A DNA stretch of 64,000 bases from Anaerolineae bacterium (GTDB lineage: Bacteria > Chloroflexota > Anaerolineae > Aggregatilineales > Phototrophicaceae): the NCBI GenBank assembly GCA_046328655.1, contig JAXLWE010000033.1:502-64501 (forward strand), in the 5' to 3' direction. The position numbers and the translations under genes were made by a program. Of the stretch, positions 56,974 through 64,000 are shown in pieces (the first letter of the stretch is position 1; the number at the start of each line of letters is the position of its first letter). The notes beneath the pieces were generated by a model that saw only the letters and a program-made list of their open reading frames with translations, had not been told where the DNA came from and did no database searches.

Positions 56974-57645
56974 TTACCTGCGTAGCTGTTCCCGCTTGCG
57001 CCGCTGGTACACCGACACCCCGATCAACTGGATCACCAGAACGACCAGCACGGCAATCGCCGTCGCCTGAACGAATCCGCGCTCGCGCCCGCCGATGCGC
57101 TGGTACAGGAAGGTATGCACGAACGCCAGCGCCGCCAGCACGTAATTGAGCCGCTGAATCTGCTTCCAGCGCTTACCTTTCAGCCGACGCAGCGATAGCT
57201 GGTTCGACAGCAGCAGAAGCAGCACCAACAGCAGTGTCGCCGCCAAGCCGATCCAGTTGCTTGCCCCGGCGGGATCGAGCAGCAGCCTGCCGCGCGGATT
57301 GAAAAAGAACGCCAGCACGCTGCCGCGATTGTGCAGCACGACGGCGAACACCACGTGCAGGCAGCCCGTGATCCCCGCCCAGATGCCGGTGTCGCGGCGC
57401 AGGTCGATGTTGACGGGGTTGATCCGCCTGCGCATCAGGTTGAGCGGTCCGAACAGCAGGCTGGCGCACAGGAACAACACGCTCAGGTAGCCGAAGCCGA
57501 TAGTGAACACGTATTCCGCTCCGGCATGGGGCGAATACAGATGCGTCGCGTATATCCCCGCCGTCGTCAGCGCCGCCAGCAGCAGGTGGGTGGTCGCCCG
57601 CTGCGCTCCAAAACCTCTGACAAATGTCCTGATCAACCTGTCCAT
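56974..57645 (-). CDS. Ferric-reductase-like transmembrane protein (MsrQ/YedZ-like)
   Basis: About 6 TM; RRDTGI...LH, LSN...RRL.GKRWKQIQRLNY...H. Confidence 0.8.
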   Translation of the reverse strand: MDRLIRTFVRGFGAQRATTHLLLAALTTAGIYATHLYSPHAGAEYVFTIGFGYLSVLFLCASLLFGPLNLMRRRINPVNIDLRRDTGIWAGITGCLHVVFAVVLHNRGSVLAFFFNPRGRLLLDPAGASNWIGLAATLLLVLLLLLSNQLSLRRLKGKRWKQIQRLNYVLAALAFVHTFLYQRIGGRERGFVQATAIAVLVVLVIQLIGVSVYQRRKREQLRR

Positions 57646-57817
57646 CCTGGGACTACAGACGGCGATCCATGCGCATATAATCCGCTCTGATGCGGCTTGC
57701 GCGGGAATGGCGCCCGGTATTCAGTGTAGAACCGGGCGCGCGCCCGTGCGATCCACCTGTATATACCGGAAACGGATTACGAAAAGCTCTCCGCGCTCTG
57801 AAAGCGAGATCAAATTC

Positions 57818-59037
57818 ATGCGGCATAGCTCGCGCACGAACCTGCTCACCATCCTCGTGGCGTACATGGGCTTCATCGGCTTGGGCTTGAACGCCGGTCT
57901 GCTCGGCTTGGCGTGGCTGCCATGCAAGTTGAGTTCAACGTCCCCGCTGGATGCGGTGAGCATCCTGCTGCTGGCAAGCACTACTCCGGCTACCTGGCTG
58001 CCAGCTTTTACAGCGGCACAATCGCCTACCGGCTCGGCGTTGGGCGCATGGGTAGCGCTCGCCAAAAGCGCGCTGATGGCAGTCGGACTGCTCGCCATAG
58101 CACTGGCGCAGTCCTGGTATCTGGTGATCATCTTCTTCCTATTCACCGGATTGAGCAACGCTTTCGTCGGCGCCAGGCTGAATGCTTATCTGGCGCAACA
58201 TCACGGCGCGCAGGCGATGAACTGGCTTCACGCCTGTTTCGGCATCGGCGTGACGTTGGACCGCTACTCATGACGGCGGTGCTGTCGGCGTCGCTCTCGT
58301 GGCGCTACGGCTATGCCATCACCTGCGGCTGGGTGGTGCTGGTGGCACCGGCGAGGTGTTCGCCGCCACGCTGCCCTGTGGAAAAGCGTAATCGTCCCGG
58401 AAAGCGATGGGATGCCCGCCAAGCGTGCCAGCCTGGGATCAATCCTGCGAATGCCGATTGTGCTGATCGGCATCGCCATGTTCTTCCTGTACGCCGGGCT
58501 GGAAGCCACGCCGGGGCAGTGGGTCTACACCCTGTTCACGCAGGAGCGCGGCATCGCCGAAGAAGCCGCCGGGCTGTGGGTGAGCATCTGCCGGGGCAGC
58601 TTCACTATCGGGCGCATTTTCTTCGGCGCGATCCATCACCGCGTAAACTCGCTGACGCTGCTGCGCGGCTGTATGCTCGGCGTGGTATTCGGCGCGCTGC
58701 TGGTGCCGGTGGAGATCCGGTGGCGTGGATCGGCTTCGCCCGGGCTGACGGTGCTTGGCTTCGCGCAGGCGCCGCTGTTCCCGGTGATGGTCTCCAATAC
58801 ACCCCGGCGCGTCGGCGCTGCCAACGCCGCCAACGCCATCGGTTTTCAGGTAGCGGGCGCGGGTATTGGCGTCGCCATCCTCCCGGCGCTGGCGGCTTTC
58901 TGGCGAACAACATCAGCCTGGAGATCATCCCGCCGTTCATCTTCATCGCCTCCGTCCTCATGATCGCCCTGCACGAGCTAAGCGTATCGATGGGTGCGCG
59001 CGCGGCGCGCAGCGGGTCGCAGCCGGTCGGAGACTAA
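57818..59037 (+). CDS. MFS transporter; multiple frameshifts
   Basis: YMGFIGLGL..GLLG.AW, LNAYLA, MNWLHACFGIG, FFLYAGLE, AQAPLFP. Confidence 0.8.
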
Positions 59038-59060
59038 GATTTATCGACGCTGGTATATTT

Positions 59061-59097
59061 GTAGGGGCGCAGCGAAGGCAATCGGGTGCCCTGCGCC
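59061..59097. repeat. GTAG-type REP (family A) with internal insert
   Basis: GTAGGGGCGCAG...CTGCGCC. Confidence 0.7.
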
Positions 59098-59167
59098 TTT
59101 TATTTTGCCCAATGCTCCATCTGCGCCATAATCGAACGCAAATTTGATTAGGCGAGGCTTCCTGGCG

Positions 59168-60595
59168 ATGAATTTCGACCTCCTGCTTTCCCCGACGGCG
59201 CTGCTCGACCATTTCATGCCCGGCGAAGTGCCCGCCGACCTGCGCGCTTACGAGGCGTGGATGGACGAGCACGGGCGCGCGATTTCGGCGGCGGTCGACC
59301 GCGCCGGGACGCCCTGGGTCAAGCAGTTCGACCGCTTCGGCAGCCGCATCGACGAAATCCAGTTCCCGCCTGAATACTGGACGATGCTGTGTATGGGCTA
59401 CAAGGCGGGCGCGGTCTGGCGCGCGCAGGAGTCGCTGAGCAGCGCGTACCGGGTGGGTTACGTCACCTCGTTCTTCGACATGGGGTTGTACTGCCCGTAT
59501 ACCGTGTCGCTCGGCACGGCGGCGGCGATCTCCAAATGCCGCGCCCGACGTGCACGAGCGGTTCATGCGCGTCTGATGGATCGCACCGACTCCGTCTGGC
59601 AGGGCGCGACCTGGATGACCGAAGCGCGCGGCAGCTCCGACCTGGGCGCGGCGGTCGAGACGGTCGCCCACCGCGACGGTGATCGCTGGCTGCTGACCGG
59701 CGACAAGTATTTTTGCAGCAACGCCGGGGCAGAGCTTGCGGTCGTCGCCGCACGCCCCGATGATGCCCAGCCGGGCGTGCGCGGGCTGGCGCTGTTCCTC
59801 GTGCCGCGCCTCCGCGTCGATGGCTCGCTCAATTACACCGTTCGGCGGCTGAAGGACAAGATCGCCACGCGCTCCGTGCCGACCGGCGAAATTGAGCTTC
59901 GGGGCAGCGAAGCCTACCTGCTGGGGGAGCCTGGGCACGGCATCTACCACATCCTCGAAGTCCTCAACCTGTCGCGCGTCGCCAACTGCATCGGCAGCGC
60001 CGCGCTGATGCAGCGGGCGCTCGCCGACGCCTTCACGTTCGCCCGCGCCCGCGAAATCTTCGGCAGGAAGCTGATCGATCAGCCGCTGATGCGCCGCCAG
60101 TTCGAGCGGAAAGCCGCCGCGCTGGAGAGCGTCTTTAAGCTGACGTGGGAAGTCGTGCGGCTGGCGGATGAGGTCTGGCGTGAGCCTGCGCCGCGCTACT
60201 CCGAGCGTTTCCAGTTGTTCCGCGTGCTGCTGCATCTGGCGAAATACTGGACGGCGGAGCAGGCGGTACAGGCGGCGAAGTGGTCGATGGAGGTCAACGG
60301 CGGCATGGGCACGCTGGCGGAGTTCGGCGTCGAGCGCCACCTGCGCGAAGCCATGATCGCCGACATCTGGGAAGGACCGCCGCACCGCCAGATTCTCGAC
60401 GGCGTCGAGGCGATGGAGCGCAAGGGCGCGCATAGGCTGCTGTTCGATTATCTCGCCCCGAAAGCCGACGTGACCGCCTTAGCCGACATGCGGGCGCGCG
60501 TCGAGGCGCTGCTGGCGCTGCCGCAGGACGAGAAGGAGGCGGCGTCCGGCGACCTGTTCCACGATCTGGCGGCTTTCGCGGCGGCGACGGTCTAG
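59168..60595 (+). CDS. Acyl-CoA dehydrogenase family protein (AidB-like)
   Basis: GATWMTE..GSSD, GDKYFCSN, RLKDKIATRSVPTGE, LNLSR, IWEG. Confidence 0.88.
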   Translation: MNFDLLLSPTALLDHFMPGEVPADLRAYEAWMDEHGRAISAAVDRAGTPWVKQFDRFGSRIDEIQFPPEYWTMLCMGYKAGAVWRAQESLSSAYRVGYVTSFFDMGLYCPYTVSLGTAAAISKCRARRARAVHARLMDRTDSVWQGATWMTEARGSSDLGAAVETVAHRDGDRWLLTGDKYFCSNAGAELAVVAARPDDAQPGVRGLALFLVPRLRVDGSLNYTVRRLKDKIATRSVPTGEIELRGSEAYLLGEPGHGIYHILEVLNLSRVANCIGSAALMQRALADAFTFARAREIFGRKLIDQPLMRRQFERKAAALESVFKLTWEVVRLADEVWREPAPRYSERFQLFRVLLHLAKYWTAEQAVQAAKWSMEVNGGMGTLAEFGVERHLREAMIADIWEGPPHRQILDGVEAMERKGAHRLLFDYLAPKADVTALADMRARVEALLALPQDEKEAASGDLFHDLAAFAAATV

Positions 60596-60601
60596 AACCG
60601 C

Positions 60602-60674
60602 TAACCACAGAGACCGCAGAGCGCACAGAGAAAGACAAAAAATCCCTCTGTGTTCTTTGCGGTCTCTGTGGTTA
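60602..60674. repeat. Palindromic repeat family C (periodic CACAGAG arms)
   Basis: TAACCACAGAGACCGCAGAGCGCACAGAG / CTCTGTGTTCTTTGCGGTCTCTGTGGTTA. Confidence 0.85.
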
Positions 60675-60713
60675 AAATCTCATTCTTTCCGGGCTTCAAT
60701 TTGAGGATGCCTT

Positions 60714-61808
60714 ATGCCGCGCATACCGTTGATGTATTACCTGCTCGTGTTCGCGCCGATTGCCGTGATCGCCCGGCTCGCCAGCGCCGACCCGGTGATC
60801 GTTTTCATCCTCTCGGCGCTCGGATTAGTCCCGCTCGCCAAGCTGATCGGCGATGCCACCGAAGAGCTTGCGGTCTACACCGGACCCAGGCTCGGCGGGC
60901 TGCTCAACGCCACGCTCGGCAACGCCGCCGAATTGATCATCACGATTTTCGCCATTCAAGCCGGGCTGCTGGAGCTGGTGCGCGCCTCGATCACCGGCTC
61001 GATCCTCGGTAACCTGCTGCTTGTCCTCGGTTTCAGCATCGCGCTCGGCGGCTGGAAGCATGGGCTTCAGCACTTCGACAAGCGCACGGCGAGCATCAAC
61101 GCCACGCTGCTGGTGCTGGCGGTCGTCGCGCTGGCGATCCCGTCGCTGTTCGACCGCGTGCTGGTCGAGCGCCCGGAGTCGGAGCTGCTGTTCAGCGAAG
61201 GCGTGGCGCTGATCCTGATCGTGCTGTACGGCTTGATGCTCCTGTACTCGTTCACCGCCAGGCACGACCCGCACGCTGACGAAACCGGGGCGGTACGTGA
61301 ATCGGCGGCGGTCGAGCATCACACTGCCCGCTGGTCGCTGCGCTTCACGATTGGCGTGCTGGCGGCGGCGACGATTGGCACGGCGCTGGTCAGCGAGACG
61401 CTGATCGGCGCGGTCGAGCCGGTCGTCGAGTCGCTTGGGCTGACCGAGTTTTTCCTCGGCATCATCATCATCCCGCTGATCGGCAACATCGCCGAGCATC
61501 TGGTGGCGGTGCAGGTCGCGCTCAAGAACAAGATGGAACTCAGCCTCGCCGTCTCGCTCGGCTCCAGTTTGCAGATTGCGCTGTTCGTCGCGCCGGTGCT
61601 GGTGTTTGTCAGTCTGTTGTTCGATAACCGCCTGCTGCTGGTGTTCAACGAATTCGAGCTGGTCGCCCTATTCGGTACGTCGCTGATCGCCGCCTTGATC
61701 GCGCTCGACGGGGAGTCCAACTGGCTGGAAGGTGCGATGCTGCTGGCGGTCTACCTGATCATCGCGCTGGCGTTTTTCTTCCTGCCCGCGCACATCGCCG
61801 CGCCGTGA
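60714..61808 (+). CDS. cax: Ca2+/H+ exchanger (CAX family)
   Basis: [12 protein letters not shown] and GNIAEH alpha-repeats, [15 protein letters not shown]. Confidence 0.93.
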   Translation: MPRIPLMYYLLVFAPIAVIARLASADPVIVFILSALGLVPLAKLIGDATEELAVYTGPRLGGLLNATLGNAAELIITIFAIQAGLLELVRASITGSILGNLLLVLGFSIALGGWKHGLQHFDKRTASINATLLVLAVVALAIPSLFDRVLVERPESELLFSEGVALILIVLYGLMLLYSFTARHDPHADETGAVRESAAVEHHTARWSLRFTIGVLAAATIGTALVSETLIGAVEPVVESLGLTEFFLGIIIIPLIGNIAEHLVAVQVALKNKMELSLAVSLGSSLQIALFVAPVLVFVSLLFDNRLLLVFNEFELVALFGTSLIAALIALDGESNWLEGAMLLAVYLIIALAFFFLPAHIAAP

Positions 61809-61850
61809 ACGCCTTGTGACAATCGGAGTGATATTCGGTAGAACAATTTA

Positions 61851-61933
61851 CCCTCACCCCTAACCCCTCTCCACAAGGTGGCGAGGAGATTTACGCCTCA
61901 TAACCCTGGGTTAGCCGCGAAACAGGGTGAGGT
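61851..61933. repeat. Palindromic repeat family B copy
   Basis: CCCTCACCCCTAACCCCTCTCCAC...GGGTGAGG. Confidence 0.75.
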
Positions 61934-62069
61934 CAGGTATTATCGGAGACAGCGCTTATCGCACCTGCACGGGCTTCCACGCCACTTCGATAGGCGGTAT
62001 GATTGGTCGATGGGTTGCTGGGGCGGGGGATCGCATACCCGCCCTTTTTGTATCGGAATGGGAATAGTC

Positions 62070-63077
62070 ATGCTTCGTAATTTGCAGGCGATGACCGTCT
62101 GGCAGCGGCGGCTGGTGTTCTTCCTGATCTTCGGCGGCGGGCTGCTCGGTATTGTCGCCATTACACTGCTGCTGATCACGCTCTCGCTCAACAACGGCGG
62201 TCGCGTCGTGTCGGTCTCGCTCGTGCCGGACGTGGCCGTGCGCCAGTTCGCCGAACTGCCGGACGACGACGCTTATCCGGCGGCGGTGGCGGCTGCTCCT
62301 GACGGCACGGTCTACACGGGCAGCTTCGCCACCGGCGCGGTCTGGCAGATCACGCCCGACGGTCAGGTGAGCGAAATCCCCGGCACGCGCGAGGCACTTG
62401 GCGCGGTCATGGGGTTGGCGGCTGAGCCGGACGGCTCGCTGCTGGTGATCGATCAACTGGATACCGATCCGCGCTCGTCGGGCGGGCGGCTGGTGCGCGT
62501 AGTCGACGGCGCGTCGTCCATTCTCGCTGAAGTCGGCTTCGTCGCCCCCAACGATCTGGCGCTCGATTCGCAGGGGCGCATCTACGTGAGTGATTCGGGC
62601 GCGAACATCGTCTGGCGCTTCGACGCCGATGGCTCGAACGGCTCGGTCTGGTGGTCGTCTCCGGCGACGGGCAGCCCGCAGCCCGCCGTCACCGGGCTGG
62701 CGTATGACCCAACCCGCGATGCCATCATCGTCACCGACCCGGAGATCAACGATGTCTACCGCGTGGCGGTTGCCGACGGAGCAACCGAGGTGATCTACCA
62801 TCACGGCGACCGCGCCAACCCGCCCGGCTTCGACGGCGTGACCGTGACGCCCGACGGCGTGGTCTACGTCGCGGCGCTGGCACAGAACGGCGTTGCCCGC
62901 GTCGACGATGGCAAGCTCGACTACATCGCCGGGCTGTTTCGCGGCTCCAGCGACGTGGATTACGCCGCGCCCAACCGCCTGTACGTCACCAATTTCGACC
63001 AGGCGTCGATTGTCATCCCGGTCGTGCATCCCCAGCTTCCCTTCGCCATCGACGTGATCGAATTCAAGTCGGAATGA
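62070..63077 (+). CDS. Membrane-anchored SMP-30/NHL-type beta-propeller protein
   Basis: N-terminal TM; APDGTVY, PNDLALDSQGRIYVSD, DGVTVTPDGVVYV. Confidence 0.82.
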   Translation: MLRNLQAMTVWQRRLVFFLIFGGGLLGIVAITLLLITLSLNNGGRVVSVSLVPDVAVRQFAELPDDDAYPAAVAAAPDGTVYTGSFATGAVWQITPDGQVSEIPGTREALGAVMGLAAEPDGSLLVIDQLDTDPRSSGGRLVRVVDGASSILAEVGFVAPNDLALDSQGRIYVSDSGANIVWRFDADGSNGSVWWSSPATGSPQPAVTGLAYDPTRDAIIVTDPEINDVYRVAVADGATEVIYHHGDRANPPGFDGVTVTPDGVVYVAALAQNGVARVDDGKLDYIAGLFRGSSDVDYAAPNRLYVTNFDQASIVIPVVHPQLPFAIDVIEFKSE

Positions 63078-63083
63078 CGATAT

Positions 63084-63111
63084 GTAGGGGCGAGGCATGC
63101 CTTGCCCCTAC
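63084..63111. repeat. GTAG-type REP (family A)
   Basis: GTAGGGGCGAGGCATGCCTTGCCCCTAC. Confidence 0.88.
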
Positions 63112-63236
63112 GGGTAGTTGTTCGCTAAAGTCGCCCCGGCTCACAAAACGCTGCCTTGCCATGCCCGGAAAGCGGCGCTAGTATTGCACGCTGCTGCGTG
63201 GGGGAGCACTCGTCCGCGTATGTTTGAGGTTTTTGC

Positions 63237-64000
63237 ATGGGACAACCATTCGATCCGTATGAGCCGCTGCCCGACCATCTGGCGGACACGGGTCCTATCC
63301 GCCGCGTTCAGGAAGTCACAGGCTGGCGGCGCGTGGTCGGCTTCCTCAGCCTGCTGGGTGCGGTCGGGCTGACGGTTGCGACGGCGCTGCTGCTGCTCAC
63401 GCCGTCATCCAGCCCGGAGCAAGTGCCGCCCGCCGTCACGAATCAGCCGACCAATTCGCCGGAAGCCGTCGTCCCGACGAGCACACCGCAGGAAAATCAG
63501 GTCGTGCAGCCCGACAGCATCCCCGCCACGCTCAGCCCGGATGAGATGGCGCAGTTGCTGGCGACGCCGGTTGCATCGCTGGCGCAGACGGTCGGGCTGG
63601 AAATCTCACGCGACGATTACAGCGCCTTCACCATCATCCCGGATCGCCCGCGCAGCGAGGTTGTCCAGTATCAGGTGCAGGCGGGCGATACGATTTTTGC
63701 CCTCGCCGAGCGCTTCGGTCTGAAGCCGGAGTCAATCGCGTGGGCGAACGACCGCGCCATCGTCGAGGGGCTGCGCCCCGGCAAGATGCTCAACATCCTG
63801 CCGGTCGACGGCGCGTACTTCACCGTGATCTCCGAAAAATCCATCGCCGACATCGCCAAAGACTACCACGTCGATCCCTACACCATCATCGACTCGGAAT
63901 ACAACGACCTGTTCGGCAAGACGCCCGACGACGTGCTGCCCAGCGGCATCAAGCTGGTGATCCCCGGCGGCACGCAGGAACAGATCAACTGGAATCCGCC
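63237..64000 (+). CDS. Membrane-anchored LysM-domain protein, 5' part (runs off window end)
   Basis: Open frame from ATG 63237 (MGQPFDPY...), TM helix, YQVQAGDTIFALAERFGL..ESIAWAN..LRPG..L.I and a second LysM-like repeat; absent from the ORF track because it has no stop in the window. Confidence 0.85.
   Translation, partial: MGQPFDPYEPLPDHLADTGPIRRVQEVTGWRRVVGFLSLLGAVGLTVATALLLLTPSSSPEQVPPAVTNQPTNSPEAVVPTSTPQENQVVQPDSIPATLSPDEMAQLLATPVASLAQTVGLEISRDDYSAFTIIPDRPRSEVVQYQVQAGDTIFALAERFGLKPESIAWANDRAIVEGLRPGKMLNILPVDGAYFTVISEKSIADIAKDYHVDPYTIIDSEYNDLFGKTPDDVLPSGIKLVIPGGTQEQINWNP

Noticed and set aside
19988-63111. REP copies as a CRISPR array
   Set aside because: Dispersed rather than regularly spaced, cores vary, and no cas genes are present

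Overview
GC-rich bacterial chromosomal segment. It is most consistent with Chloroflexota (Anaerolineae-like); this is inferred from protein style, GT-C/GH clusters and repeat families, not from a marker gene. It holds about 60 protein genes. Housekeeping genes: coaE, lysS, greA, nth, cobB, rny, recX, xpt, guaA. Transport: potBCDA, two MFS transporters, an ABC-2 exporter, a BMP-family binding protein and a Ca2+/H+ exchanger. Envelope and secreted proteins are also present, plus one IS5-family element and three families of dispersed palindromic repeats. I saw no rRNA, tRNA or CRISPR array. Several blocks (about 20.1-24.8, 35.8-38.8, 43.9-48.1 and 51.5-59.6 kb) are full of single-base frameshifts, even in guaA and rny, which points to long-read consensus errors rather than true pseudogenes. 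The most interesting observations are: (1) a palindromic repeat inserted in-frame, in the same reading frame, into loops of two different membrane glycosyltransferases; (2) a translationally coupled operon of nth, a GAF-GAF kinase, a PIG-L deacetylase, a sensorless kinase and a His-less pseudokinase, with no response regulator in the window and a perfect CRP-type box at its start; (3) a single-pass TIR-domain receptor-like protein; (4) long structured, double-terminator leaders upstream of greA and of recX-rny, with recA absent; (5) a CoaE-GNAT fusion, a stand-alone Clp-N/SHOCT protein and a bacterial IDO. All product calls come from motif recognition by eye; no database searches were run.
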